This document shows positions 49,267 to 58,311 of a DNA stretch of 64,000 bases, one piece after another. The stretch's first letter is position 1. Each line of letters opens with the position of its first letter. The position numbers and the translations under genes are program-made. The stretch is from a virus. Where the stretch lies: IMG/VR virus record IMGVR_UViG_3300027743_000001, positions 1 to 64,000 of that record. One strand, given 5' to 3'. The notes beneath the pieces were generated by a model. The model had not been told where the DNA came from. It made no database searches and saw nothing but the letters and a program-made list of their open reading frames with translations.

Positions 49267-49869
49267 GTGTTGGAGATGACCACGAGGCTCGCCTACGCCG
49301 TTAGGAGCTGGCTCACCCACCGGACCCGACCGGCCGGGGATTGCCTGGTCTGGGAAGGCTCGATAGATATCCGGGGGTATGCCCGGATCCACCATGACGG
49401 CAAGGGCCACCGCGTGCACCGGCTCATCTACATGTTGATCAACAATCTGGAGACGCTGCCGGATGACTTCAAGCTCACCAGGACGTGCGGCCGGTGGGGC
49501 TGCGTCAAGGCCCAGCACTTCAAGTTGTTCAACCCCAGCCAGCCGGCAGACCACTGCGGATACGGCCACCCGTTCACCCCGGCCAACACATACATCTTCT
49601 ATAAGAGTGGTGGCAGACGTTCCCGGATCTGCCTGGCTTGCACCCGAGCCCGGCGGAAGGGCACCGACCGCCGGCTGGAGCCGGTATGGGAGGAGAAGCG
49701 TCCGCACGGAACTAAGGGCTACTGCGCGCGGGGACACAACCTGCAGCTGCCACTTCCCAACGAGAACATCTATGTGCTACCCAACGGTGAGCGGCGCTGC
49801 CGGATCTGCCGACGACGTAGAGAGCGTGAGACGTATGGAGCTGAAGCGGAAACACCAACCGTCCATTGA
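49267..49869 (+). CDS. HNH-endonuclease-like protein with degenerate active site and two C-terminal zinc fingers
   Basis: DCLVWEG...GYARI...VHRLIY; LTRTCGRWGCVKAQHF in place of DHLCxxxxCVNPxHL; CGYGH...CLAC and CARGH...CRIC. Confidence 0.75.
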   Translation: MLEMTTRLAYAVRSWLTHRTRPAGDCLVWEGSIDIRGYARIHHDGKGHRVHRLIYMLINNLETLPDDFKLTRTCGRWGCVKAQHFKLFNPSQPADHCGYGHPFTPANTYIFYKSGGRRSRICLACTRARRKGTDRRLEPVWEEKRPHGTKGYCARGHNLQLPLPNENIYVLPNGERRCRICRRRRERETYGAEAETPTVH

Positions 49870-50140
49870 AGACCGCATCGCTACCTACGTGCTGACGGCC
49901 GATAGGTTCGGGGACTGCCTGGTGCACCGGGGGCCACTGATCATGTGGGTTGGACCCCGCCGCCGCGAGCGCATCGACCGTCTGGTCTTTGAGATTGTCG
50001 GAGGGTACCCCCTTAAATCCTCTGAACAGCTGATCCCCACTTGCTGCTGCGGCGTGGAAGCTGGTTGCCCCAGCCGGAGCAGCTGCCTGCACGGCAAGCT
50101 GATGCACTGCCTCAACATCGAGCACATGAAAGTGTTGTGA
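49835..50140 (+). CDS. second degenerate HNH-like protein
   Basis: GDCLVHRG...IDRLVFE...LIPTC...CLNIEHM. Confidence 0.6.
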   Translation: MELKRKHQPSIEDRIATYVLTADRFGDCLVHRGPLIMWVGPRRRERIDRLVFEIVGGYPLKSSEQLIPTCCCGVEAGCPSRSSCLHGKLMHCLNIEHMKVL

Positions 50141-50377
50141 GTGGAGACCTACGACATGCACCGGAGGATGACCATCCTGGCCATCCTGTATGGCTGCCCG
50201 GACGACGCGATCCAGCGAGTGGTTGACAGGGCTATGTCGCGCAACAACATCACCCTGGCAACTGCCGGAGACTACATCGCTCAGGCCATGTACGAGTTGA
50301 AGATCCGAGACGTCCACCTGACCAAGCACCGTTCCCGCAAGCGCGGACAGAAGAGGGAGACCAACTCGTATGAGTGA
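50141..50377 (+). CDS. hypothetical protein
   Basis: ORF in tight operon. Confidence 0.55.
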   Translation: METYDMHRRMTILAILYGCPDDAIQRVVDRAMSRNNITLATAGDYIAQAMYELKIRDVHLTKHRSRKRGQKRETNSYE

Positions 50378-50504
50378 CGATGATGACGGAATCCTGTTCC
50401 CGGACAACTGGAATCCGGGGACCGGTTGCCTGGTCGCTGGAGTGATCTTGGCCTTCTGGGGTGTCGTGCTGTGGGCGATTATCTGGTGGCTGAACTCTGT
50501 CTAG
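50370..50504 (+). CDS. small membrane protein (44 aa)
   Basis: MSDDDDGILFPDNWNPGTGCLVAGVILAFWGVVLWAIIWWLNSV; GAGGGAG SD. Confidence 0.55.
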   Translation: MSDDDDGILFPDNWNPGTGCLVAGVILAFWGVVLWAIIWWLNSV

Positions 50505-50520
50505 GCTTACGCTTGAAGCT

Positions 50521-50817
50521 GTGGGGGACAGCCAGAGCATAGAGGTCAACTGGTGCCGGCTCGGAGAAGAACCGACCAGTGAACCCTTCGTGTTCTGGCA
50601 CTACGACGACGCGCTGAAGTTTCTCAAAGAAGAGTTTGAATATATGGCCTACGCCAGCACCAAGCCCAGCGTGGCGCCGACACAGAGAAGCAACCTCATG
50701 AAGCTCCGCGACGCGATCACCTATATCCAGTTACGTCGGGGGAAGCAGCCGCTTCCTGAAGTTGAGGACTGTTCATTCACCATTGGAGATATATGCTACT
50801 GGCTGAAGGGAGTGTGA
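50521..50817 (+). CDS. hypothetical protein
   Basis: TACGCT -10 just upstream of GTG. Confidence 0.6.
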   Translation: MGDSQSIEVNWCRLGEEPTSEPFVFWHYDDALKFLKEEFEYMAYASTKPSVAPTQRSNLMKLRDAITYIQLRRGKQPLPEVEDCSFTIGDICYWLKGV

Positions 50818-51065
50818 TGATCATCCTCAATAAGGAAGGCTGGTATCAGCACTCCTGCGGACACCAGGAGTTCTACTGGCCCGAAGAGTGGTTCCCGAAC
50901 CGGTGCCGTAGGTGCCACAAGACGAACCTCCGGTGGCAGTGGGTAGACGGGTACGTCTTCCACCCTGGTGATGTCTACCGCGACGTGATGGTGTGGCTTA
51001 TCAAGAGGGACAAAGATCTAGCGGCCGAGTTCTATATCTCCCTGACCGAGGGAAGATTTCTATGA
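50817..51065 (+). CDS. small zinc-binding protein
   Basis: GWYQHSCGH...CRRC. Confidence 0.6.
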   Translation: MIILNKEGWYQHSCGHQEFYWPEEWFPNRCRRCHKTNLRWQWVDGYVFHPGDVYRDVMVWLIKRDKDLAAEFYISLTEGRFL

Positions 51066-51535
51066 GGGATATGGGGATGATGTCACCCGTGCAGTTCGGA
51101 GGAACCGAGCTTGGTTGGTGGAAGCATCTGGAGTGCAACCGCTCCTTCTTCTTCGCTCCAGCTGAGGGTCTGCTGCTCCACCCGGACGCCGAGGAGGCTG
51201 ACAAGTGGTGCCACTGGTGCCGCCGGCAGTCCGACGCTTGGGAGAAGCTCCCAGGCCACCGCGTGCTGGAGCCGCAAGAGCACTGGCGGCTAGCGGTTGA
51301 CAACGCTGCCAAGGCGCTCTACCAGGCCAGCCCGGTGAGCATCCACGCTCCGCTGTGGGAGACGCTCAGCCCGAGCCGGAAGCAGGGCTACCGCTCCGTC
51401 GCCGAGCAGGTGCTGAAGGGGTGCTCCAACGACATCCGGGCCGCTGCGATATCCGAGGTGCTCCGGCTGCTGCACGGCCATCAGAAGGACGCCCTGCGGT
51501 ACGTCTACGACAACATCCCGTTGTCTGCCGAGTAG
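51062..51535 (+). CDS. zinc-binding hypothetical protein
   Basis: GWWKHLEC...CHWC, similar to the upstream gene. Confidence 0.65.
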   Translation: MRDMGMMSPVQFGGTELGWWKHLECNRSFFFAPAEGLLLHPDAEEADKWCHWCRRQSDAWEKLPGHRVLEPQEHWRLAVDNAAKALYQASPVSIHAPLWETLSPSRKQGYRSVAEQVLKGCSNDIRAAAISEVLRLLHGHQKDALRYVYDNIPLSAE

Positions 51536-51564
51536 TTGACACAGGTTGAGTGGGGTCGTACACT
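51536..51564 (+). promoter_or_regulatory. SigA-type promoter with tandem GTTGA
   Basis: TTGACA-N17-TACACT; GGTTGAG in the spacer. Confidence 0.8.
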
Positions 51565-51570
51565 TCCCCC

Positions 51571-51948
51571 GTGATGACGAAAACCGCGAGTGCGTGGTGG
51601 TATGAGACCAGCCACGATGGGATCTTCTGGCGCCGGCTGGCCCAGGTCGATCAGCATGAGGCAGTGAGCATCCACCAGCAAGCGTCGCTGGCCACGCAGG
51701 CACGTCTGGTCAGCTGCGATGACGGGACTAAGATCCCCTTGTGGAAGGATGACCGCCCGGCGGACCTGGCCATCTTGATGATGAACCTGGCTTCTCTGGG
51801 TAAGGGCTACGGCAACAGCCGAGCACGCATCCCGCATGAGGCCAAGCAGCTGCTGCTGGAGTTGAGCTACCGGGTGGCCGGCAAGGAATGGGACCAGGCC
51901 AGGGAGGTCGGTCTTGCAGCGATGAAGTTGATGAAGGGCGATAAGTGA
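51571..51948 (+). CDS. hypothetical protein
   Basis: Leaderless start after promoter. Confidence 0.65.
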   Translation: MMTKTASAWWYETSHDGIFWRRLAQVDQHEAVSIHQQASLATQARLVSCDDGTKIPLWKDDRPADLAILMMNLASLGKGYGNSRARIPHEAKQLLLELSYRVAGKEWDQAREVGLAAMKLMKGDK

Positions 51949-52298
51949 TCGAGTACAAAGAGATCCACTTGCTCCCCGGCCAGGGAGCCTCGGAACAGTT
52001 CAGCGTCATGATGCTCACGGTGAACATGCTGTGGAACCGGGTAGCGCGCAGCTCACAGCGTGCCAAGGACTCCATCCCTCCGGACGTTGCCGAGGCTCTC
52101 CACGGATGGATGAGTGAGCTTGTTTGTTACCTCGATCGAGCCGACTGGCAGACAGCCCAAGCAGCAGCAGGTGGCCTGCTCCACCAGCTAGAGCACGCGA
52201 TCTACTTCGTTGACAAGATTGATAGCGGCGGGCCTCGCGGTAACAGTGGTACCGGTGAGAGAATCTCTCCATGGAAACACCCCCGCCGGACCTCCTGA
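51945..52298 (+). CDS. hypothetical protein
   Basis: GTGA overlap with upstream gene. Confidence 0.6.
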   Translation: MIEYKEIHLLPGQGASEQFSVMMLTVNMLWNRVARSSQRAKDSIPPDVAEALHGWMSELVCYLDRADWQTAQAAAGGLLHQLEHAIYFVDKIDSGGPRGNSGTGERISPWKHPRRTS

Positions 52299-52548
52299 AG
52301 TGGGCCGCCATCACGCTCGGCGCCTGCGCGGGGATCTGGCTGGCGGTATGGATCATGGAAGGCTGGCACAGACAAAAGTGGCACTTGATGAGGACACTCT
52401 CGAACTCCCCGTTGTCTCCTCCTACTACTCTAACTACCCGGCTCGGCGTGCGCCGTCGAGCGGCCAAGCAGTGGCTACGGTGTCGGTCGCTCTGACCATC
52501 GTGCTGGCTCTCCTGGCACTCCTCTGGGCTCTCATGTGAGGATCTGAC

Positions 52549-52926
52549 GTGGCTAGACATTCTCTGTCAACCAGGCACCGTCCCGTGCCCCGGTGGGCTG
52601 CCGCGATGCTCGGCGGGCTGGTCGGATTCCTCGCCGCCATGCTCATCCTGAGTGTGCCCATGACTGTCAACCAGTCCGCGAACCCGACCGCCGGGGATGT
52701 GGAGTGGGAGTGCACCCTGTCAACCGGTACCTTCCGGATGGTCTTGGAGAACGCGGGAGATGCCCCGCGCAGCTACGCGATCCTGTTGGAGATCTCCTCC
52801 GCGCGGAAGGAAGTGCTCAGCTCCCGTGCCGTGCACGTCGTAGACGTAGCAGCTGGAGAGCGTCGCATCGTCACCGAGACCTTGCCGGTCACGACCGGAA
52901 ACGACTGTGACCTGTGGGTCTGGTAG
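52549..52926 (+). CDS. membrane-anchored protein with extracytoplasmic Ig-like domain
   Basis: TM segment then beta-rich ENAGDAPRSYAI...DVAAGE, flanked by a Cys pair. Confidence 0.6.
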   Translation: MARHSLSTRHRPVPRWAAAMLGGLVGFLAAMLILSVPMTVNQSANPTAGDVEWECTLSTGTFRMVLENAGDAPRSYAILLEISSARKEVLSSRAVHVVDVAAGERRIVTETLPVTTGNDCDLWVW

Positions 52927-52966
52927 TAAGATAGAGACATCCTCATACGGAGGGAGGGGAAAAGAG

Positions 52967-53089
52967 ATGCCGAAGTACGACGGTCCTGAAGTTGATGTTG
53001 ACGTGAGTGGTGTCAACTGGGGCAACCTGCTGATCGGCGCCATCCTCGGTCTGATTGCCGGGGTGCTCCTCGGGGTATTTGTGTTCTAA
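52967..53089 (+). CDS. single-TM micropeptide, copy 1 (40 aa)
   Basis: MPKYDGPEVDVDVSGVNWGNLLIGAILGLIAGVLLGVFVF; strong GGAGGG SD. Confidence 0.7.
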   Translation: MPKYDGPEVDVDVSGVNWGNLLIGAILGLIAGVLLGVFVF

Positions 53090-53117
53090 GTCCCGATAGC
53101 GCGCGCTGTGGATCGTG

Positions 53118-53143
53118 GAGCCGGGCATGAGCCCGGCTCTTTT
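53118..53143 (+). terminator. intrinsic terminator, copy 1
   Basis: GAGCCGGGC-ATGA-GCCCGGCTC-TTTT. Confidence 0.85.
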
Positions 53144-53203
53144 GCGTGCCCAGAGCGGCTACACTTGAGGGTGCTCCTACGCTGTGGGAGGGAGGGAAAC
53201 ATC

Positions 53204-53287
53204 ATGAGTTACGACTGGGGCGGCGTCTTCATCGGGCTGGTCATTGGCCTTGTCGCTGGCATCCTTCTGGGTGTCTTCGTCTTCTAG
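53204..53287 (+). CDS. single-TM micropeptide, copy 2 (27 aa)
   Basis: MSYDWGGVFIGLVIGLVAGILLGVFVF; GGAGGGAGGG SD. Confidence 0.7.
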   Translation: MSYDWGGVFIGLVIGLVAGILLGVFVF

Positions 53288-53305
53288 TGGATCCTGTGCG
53301 CACGG

Positions 53306-53332
53306 GAGCCGGGCTTAGGCCCGGCTCTTTTT
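53306..53332 (+). terminator. intrinsic terminator, copy 2
   Basis: GAGCCGGGC-TTAG-GCCCGGCTC-TTTTT. Confidence 0.85.
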
Positions 53333-53368
53333 GTGGAGTTCTGGTTGACAGACCCTTATACTCCTCAG

Positions 53369-53725
53369 ATGGTCATACTCCACACCAACATCCGCGTGGG
53401 TGACAGGATCCAGGTGCGCGGCCCGAGAGACTGGGAAATCGTCAAGGTCGCTTGGATCTCAGACAACGGGCTGACGTTGTGTGACAACCAGGGGAGATAC
53501 CACAACACCCTTCAGGTCGCCCTGGTGACCACCGGATTCACTCGCCAGTTGGCCATGATGCACTTCATCGACGGCTCGAAGCTGGCCATCCTGATCCACT
53601 CGCTCGGAGTCCAGGAAACCCCTGCCGGCGGCTATGAGCTGGTCTACTGGACCCCGGACGGGCATGAGGAGCAGCGCGTGCCGCGCGACGTCGTACGCTC
53701 GATCACATTCGGGGACACACCATGA
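53369..53725 (+). CDS. hypothetical protein
   Basis: Leaderless: GGTTGACA (53343) ... TATACT (53357) ... ATG. Confidence 0.65.
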   Translation: MVILHTNIRVGDRIQVRGPRDWEIVKVAWISDNGLTLCDNQGRYHNTLQVALVTTGFTRQLAMMHFIDGSKLAILIHSLGVQETPAGGYELVYWTPDGHEEQRVPRDVVRSITFGDTP

Positions 53726-53928
53726 TCTCTGATCCTTTTCAGCAGGGCTACAAAGATGCGATCTACGCGGACCAGGATTGCCTGCAGCACGGATGCGACC
53801 CGGACGTGATGATCTATCTTCCGGTGGACCCCGACATGTCAACCACGGACTTCGCTGACTACTCGCAGGGAGCTTACGCCGCGATCGGCTGGGAGCGCGT
53901 CGTGGTGATGGACAGGGACCTGGTATGA
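53722..53928 (+). CDS. hypothetical protein
   Basis: ATGA overlap; PFQQGYKDA. Confidence 0.6.
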   Translation: MISDPFQQGYKDAIYADQDCLQHGCDPDVMIYLPVDPDMSTTDFADYSQGAYAAIGWERVVVMDRDLV

Positions 53929-54224
53929 GTGAGGACACCCCGACCGCCGTTGGTGGCTACTGGGAAGACTGGAGTTCCCCCACCGAAGGGAAGTGGGTCT
54001 ACACCACGGAGCCGTTCGAAGAGATCGCTGTGATCGAGCTTGGCGGTCCCGGTGGGCGTTGGCGGATCATCATGGAGGACTACAACGATGCTCTCCCCGA
54101 TGCCATCCCTCCCATGTCAACCGCTGACCTGAAGCGCTTCGCCGAGGGTCTCCACTCGCTGGGGTACTACGGCAACATCCAGTGGTCGCGCGACCAGCGC
54201 GAGTCCGGCGCCGGCTACATCTGA
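53925..54224 (+). CDS. hypothetical protein
   Basis: ATGA overlap. Confidence 0.6.
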   Translation: MSEDTPTAVGGYWEDWSSPTEGKWVYTTEPFEEIAVIELGGPGGRWRIIMEDYNDALPDAIPPMSTADLKRFAEGLHSLGYYGNIQWSRDQRESGAGYI

Positions 54225-54340
54225 TGCGCTCCCCCTGGCTCTGGCTGTGGGTTTACCTGATCTTCGTGCTCGTGGTTGTGATCTCCTCTGCTCTTGAGCG
54301 CCTGCCGTTCCAGTTGTTCCGGTGACCAAATACACAAACC

Positions 54341-54371
54341 GTTGCCACTCGTTGACATAGGTTGCTAGTGT
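54341..54371 (+). promoter_or_regulatory. promoter with three GTTG repeats at 10-bp spacing
   Basis: GTTGCCACTC GTTGACATAG GTTGCTAGTG T; TTGCCA-N18-TAGTGT, 7 nt before ATG 54379. Confidence 0.7.
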
Positions 54372-54378
54372 TCTACCT

Positions 54379-54909
54379 ATGAAACTACGAAACCTTCTCA
54401 TGACCCTGCCCCTGATCGTCGGCGCCGGACTGGTGGTTGACAGCGCGCCAGCGGCGGCAGCTGCCAAGCCCCGTGTCGTCTGGGTGTACGTGCAAAACAA
54501 GAACACGGTCACCAAATACTGGCCGATCCACCGCGCTCTCAAGTTCGTGGACCAGTACACAGGAACTCAGTTCAAGTACGGGAAGTGCCCGGCCAGCGGC
54601 AAGTACAAGTGCATCACGATCAAGGAAGACTGGAAGCTGCCCCCGCTCTATGCCGGCATGGCCAACTTCATAGGACCCTACGTCCAGCTCCCCAACGGAG
54701 AAACCGACTGGAGCACCGTCATCCAGCTCCAGCCTCGCGAGCGTGGCCGCTCCTGGTGGATACGTTACGACACCGTGATCCACGAGCTGGGGCACGCGAT
54801 GGGGATCTACACCCACAACGCAGACTCCTCCCGGACCATGTACTGGATGGTCCGAGACAACAAACCGTCGTTCAGCCCGTCCGAAAAGAGAATCCTGCGC
54901 AGGCACTGA
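54379..54909 (+). CDS. secreted zinc metalloprotease (matrixin/M10-like), paralogue of 6790..7323
   Basis: Signal peptide; HELGHAMGIYTH, RTMY; both paralogues share FVDQxT and end in ILxRH. Confidence 0.85.
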   Translation: MKLRNLLMTLPLIVGAGLVVDSAPAAAAAKPRVVWVYVQNKNTVTKYWPIHRALKFVDQYTGTQFKYGKCPASGKYKCITIKEDWKLPPLYAGMANFIGPYVQLPNGETDWSTVIQLQPRERGRSWWIRYDTVIHELGHAMGIYTHNADSSRTMYWMVRDNKPSFSPSEKRILRRH

Positions 54910-54922
54910 GCGGTTGACACAG

Positions 54923-54951
54923 GAAACCCCCCGGCACACCCGGGGGGTTTC
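54923..54951. terminator. bidirectional terminator
   Basis: GAAACCCCCCGG / CCGGGGGGTTTC between convergent genes. Confidence 0.8.
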
Positions 54952-54960
54952 TTCGTGCAC

Positions 54961-55293
54961 TTACGGGTAGGTCGGCTCAGTCGGCTGAACCGGCATCGGC
55001 TCGGTCGGCTGCGGCTGCTCCGGCTGCTGCGGCTGAGGAATCTCTTCCTTAACCTCCGTCACGAAAAGCTCGTACGCCTCTTTCAGCGCGTCGAACCTCG
55101 CTTTGGCAACCTTCTTGGCCGTGTTCTTGGCGTCGGTCTTGTCCTCGGCATACGCCTCCTTGGCAGCCTCGAACTTAGCCTCCGCCGCTTTCTTCAGCTC
55201 CATGAGCTGAGCGATGGCACCCGCCGTGGGCGCCGGCTCCGGGGTGTCCCCGTTCTCATAGTCGCTGTGTGCATGCGTAGCGTCGTTACACAT
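54961..55293 (-). CDS. hypothetical helical protein with Pro/Gln/Glu tail
   Basis: AEK-rich helix; PQPQQPEQPQPTEP. Confidence 0.65.
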   Translation of the reverse strand: MCNDATHAHSDYENGDTPEPAPTAGAIAQLMELKKAAEAKFEAAKEAYAEDKTDAKNTAKKVAKARFDALKEAYELFVTEVKEEIPQPQQPEQPQPTEPMPVQPTEPTYP

Positions 55294-55346
55294 TGATCTT
55301 CACCCCCTCTCAGATCACCCCTATAGTGTACGTCACACCCCCTGTG

Positions 55347-55375
55347 TTGACAGGCGTTGACCCACGAGCTACAGT
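55347..55375 (+). promoter_or_regulatory. SigA-type promoter with tandem GTTGAC
   Basis: TTGACA-N17-TACAGT; GCGTTGACC in the spacer. Confidence 0.85.
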
Positions 55376-55405
55376 AGGGATGTACCCACTACTGAGGAGC
55401 CGAAA

Positions 55406-55597
55406 ATGATCCGCTGCGCACACTGCAAGGGCCGTCACCAGTACGTTGCCGACGTCCGCTACTGCGCTGACATGGCCGCCCACTGGGCCGAGGTTCAGGC
55501 GCAGGAAGAGGCCGACGCCGAGGCTCGGCAGGAGCGCTGGATCGAAGAGGCGGAGTACCGGCTGGCCTACGCCGAGAATGACCGTGAGGTCTGGTAG
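55406..55597 (+). CDS. small zinc-binding protein
   Basis: MIRCAHCKGRHQYVADVRYC; GAGGAG SD. Confidence 0.7.
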   Translation: MIRCAHCKGRHQYVADVRYCADMAAHWAEVQAQEEADAEARQERWIEEAEYRLAYAENDREVW

Positions 55598-55652
55598 CCC
55601 CCCGTTGACATCCGAGATATAGTCTAGCTATCACCACCACAAGGAGTCGATC

Positions 55653-55859
55653 ATGCAGAACCTCGCTCACGTTTTCATCGAGAAGCCCCAGTCCGAGATC
55701 GTGTCAACCATGGTCGCGCTGGCCAACCAGGCCCACGAGACATGGCACCGGGCCAGCCAGGAGGGCGCGGCGCCGTCCTACATCATCGCGCTGCACGCGC
55801 GCTATCAGGCATTTCAGATAGCAGCTGAGGTCGCTCAGGGGCTGGAGTCCCGCGCATGA
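55653..55859 (+). CDS. hypothetical protein (paralogue of 56041..56298)
   Basis: AAGGAG SD; LANQA...QEGAAP; upstream GTTGACA...TATAGT (55604-55623). Confidence 0.7.
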   Translation: MQNLAHVFIEKPQSEIVSTMVALANQAHETWHRASQEGAAPSYIIALHARYQAFQIAAEVAQGLESRA

Positions 55860-56044
55860 AGAACGACTGCAAGTCCGAACTACCTGCGCCGTTCTACGGG
55901 GTCCAGATCCATCACCAGTGCTCGGCCGGAGCAACCGGCCACACGGGCAATCACTACTGCGGGTGCTCGTACGAGTGGAACACCGAACTGATCATCTTGC
56001 ACGCGCCCGACCAGGCGACTGCCAAACCGAGGACATCGATATGA
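55856..56044 (+). CDS. small Cys/His-rich protein
   Basis: HQCSAGATGHTGNHYCGC. Confidence 0.55.
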   Translation: MKNDCKSELPAPFYGVQIHHQCSAGATGHTGNHYCGCSYEWNTELIILHAPDQATAKPRTSI

Positions 56045-56298
56045 TGCAAGACCCCGTCCACCTGTGGAATCGCCTCTCGCAGGAAGACATCGCGTGTCAA
56101 CTGGAGCACCTCGCCCGGCAGGCTGAGGCTGTCTGGGAGGAGGCTGTCAACCAGGAAGGCATGGCTCCCACCATCCTCGCTGCAATGCGGGTACGTGCGC
56201 ACGAGACCAGGCAGGCTGCGCTGATCGCTGCCGGCCGGAACAACATCATGTTGGACGTGATCCAGAGGACGGTGACCCGGGAGTGGGAAAAGGCATGA
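56041..56298 (+). CDS. hypothetical protein
   Basis: LARQA...QEGMAP; ATGA overlaps at both ends. Confidence 0.65.
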   Translation: MMQDPVHLWNRLSQEDIACQLEHLARQAEAVWEEAVNQEGMAPTILAAMRVRAHETRQAALIAAGRNNIMLDVIQRTVTREWEKA

Positions 56299-57743
56299 GG
56301 CGCCGGCTGGCTGACGATAGTGGCGCTTCTCTCATTATGGCGCTGATCTTCATCGTGGTCGTGGCCGTGGTGATGGGCGCTGTGCTTACCCTCACAGACG
56401 CGAACCTGCGCAACACCACAGCTCTGAGGGACCGAGCCGGCAAGGACTACGGCGCTGATGGCGCTGCCAAGATCGCGATCAAGCAGCTGGAGAATGACCA
56501 CTACCTTGGAGGCGACTGCCCCGCGCTGAACGTCCAGGCTGGCTACGCGGTCCAGTGTGTGGCCGATGAGGGCAACTCCACCGTGGGGGACATCAACTCT
56601 GTCAACCGGCAGGCAACCGCGCTGCTCGCAATGGCTCCGGCCGGACAGGGCCTCTACTTCAACATTCAGGGCAACCCAGCTACACAGTCGATCAAGGTCA
56701 AGGGTGGGCTGTTCTCGCACTCTGACTTCGTGGTTGATCACGGCTGGCTGGATTCTCTCGGCCCGGTGACCGCGCGGGGTGACTGCCTGCTGCTGAACGA
56801 CACGGCCAGGCTCACGTCTTCTAAGCAGGACTGCAAGATCATGACGGCTGTCAACCGGCTGGGCAAGGATCCGAACTATTCCGTTCCGGCCGTGACCGGG
56901 GATGCCACTGTGCAGCCATGCACCAAGACCAAGAAGACCCCCTACGTGGTGACGCCCGGCATTCTCGACGCTGCCGACATGATCGTGCTGAACAAGCTGA
57001 CCTCAAACCACGACGACTGCAAGGATGTGGTGATCTGGCTCAAACCAGGTGATTACCAGTTCAACGCGGTGTGGGAGATCAAGTCTGGCAAGGTGATTGG
57101 TGGAGGCAGCGGCGCGCCGCCGGACACTGTGGACCCCGAGAAGCAGGGATACTGCCCCGCTCCCATCCCGCTGGAGGGCCAGGAAGATACGTGGACCCCG
57201 CCGGCTGCCGACCTCGGAGTGACGATCACGTTCGGCCCATCCGCGCAGCTGTCAATGGTGCCTACGCCGACCAAGGTCACTCCCTCCATGGAGCTGTGCG
57301 GCGACTACGAGAAGAACAAGCCGCCGATCGTGTTCTATGGCAGGGCCGCTGCGCCAGATACTCTGGCCATCAAGACAGACGCTAACGCCGACTTCCGGCT
57401 GTACGTCCAGGGAACCACGTACCTGCCAACATCTGTGATTGACCTTCACCTTAAGAAGGACGTGCTTCCGTTCTTCCGCTCTGGCATCACGTCCTACCGG
57501 TTCCGTGTAGACGGGGTTGGCAACGCCAGCTCGGTCACGCCGCTGGTGGAGACTCCGGACGCTGAGGGCACCAGCAACTCCGGCATGGTGTGGCTGGAGG
57601 TCCGTAGCACGGATGACAACACCGTTCGGCTGCGGGCCAAGGTGTACTTCTACATGGCCAAGCAGACCGAGGATGAGCCGCCGGTTCCGATTGACCCGCC
57701 CCAGTACGCCAGCAAGGTTGTCAGCTGGGCCACGCAACGATAG
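56295..57743 (+). CDS. PilX-like minor pilin / pilus assembly protein
   Basis: MRRRLADDSG|ASLIMALIFIVVVAVVMGAVL class III-like signal lacking Glu5; YGADGAAKIAI; large Cys-containing beta domain. Confidence 0.75.
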   Translation: MRRRLADDSGASLIMALIFIVVVAVVMGAVLTLTDANLRNTTALRDRAGKDYGADGAAKIAIKQLENDHYLGGDCPALNVQAGYAVQCVADEGNSTVGDINSVNRQATALLAMAPAGQGLYFNIQGNPATQSIKVKGGLFSHSDFVVDHGWLDSLGPVTARGDCLLLNDTARLTSSKQDCKIMTAVNRLGKDPNYSVPAVTGDATVQPCTKTKKTPYVVTPGILDAADMIVLNKLTSNHDDCKDVVIWLKPGDYQFNAVWEIKSGKVIGGGSGAPPDTVDPEKQGYCPAPIPLEGQEDTWTPPAADLGVTITFGPSAQLSMVPTPTKVTPSMELCGDYEKNKPPIVFYGRAAAPDTLAIKTDANADFRLYVQGTTYLPTSVIDLHLKKDVLPFFRSGITSYRFRVDGVGNASSVTPLVETPDAEGTSNSGMVWLEVRSTDDNTVRLRAKVYFYMAKQTEDEPPVPIDPPQYASKVVSWATQR

Positions 57744-57752
57744 GCACACAGC

Positions 57753-57790
57753 AAGAAGCCCCCGGGTATTACTTCCCCGGGGGCTTCTTT
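57753..57790 (+). terminator. intrinsic terminator
   Basis: AAGAAGCCCCCGGG / CCCGGGGGCTTCTT(T). Confidence 0.85.
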
Positions 57791-57879
57791 GGTGTTTGCT
57801 CAACTTCACCACGCTGGGAGGATCCATGCCACCTCCTGCTCCCATCACTGTAGCTTGCCAGGTATCTAGTTTGCAAGTG

Positions 57880-57908
57880 TTGACATCCTGCGTACTACCG
57901 GCTAGGTT
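57880..57908 (+). promoter_or_regulatory. SigA-type promoter of the pilin gene
   Basis: TTGACA-N17-TAGGTT. Confidence 0.75.
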
Positions 57909-57953
57909 GGTCCTACACGCGGTGCTTGACCGCCTCACACCACTGGAGTATTC

Positions 57954-58301
57954 ATGCGTACCCGTCTCATGAAGCGCTACGCCGACCTTCGCAAGAAGGA
58001 AGACGGCTTCACCCTGATCGAGCTGCTGATCGTGATCGTCATCCTCGGCGTGCTGGCCGGCGTCGTCGTCTTCGCCGTCTCCGGCATCAACAACAAGGGC
58101 GAGGTCGCAGCCTGCAAGGCCGAGGCTAAGACCATTGAGGTTGCCTCCGAGGCTTACTATGCGCAGAAGGGCACCTACGCCGCTGCCGTCTTTGGCGCTG
58201 CCCCCATCAACAGCCTTGAGGCTGCCGGCCTGCTTCACGCCGACACGCTAGACCCCAAGATCACGTACACCGCTGGAGTCGTGACCAACACCTGCGGATA
58301 A
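57954..58301 (+). CDS. type IV pilin (prepilin, major-pilin-like)
   Basis: Basic leader then KKEDG|FTLIELLIVIVILGVLAGVVVFAV (G-1, F+1, E+5); Cys pair including the C-terminal Cys. Confidence 0.93.
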   Translation: MRTRLMKRYADLRKKEDGFTLIELLIVIVILGVLAGVVVFAVSGINNKGEVAACKAEAKTIEVASEAYYAQKGTYAAAVFGAAPINSLEAAGLLHADTLDPKITYTAGVVTNTCG

Positions 58302-58311
58302 GCAACAAGCA

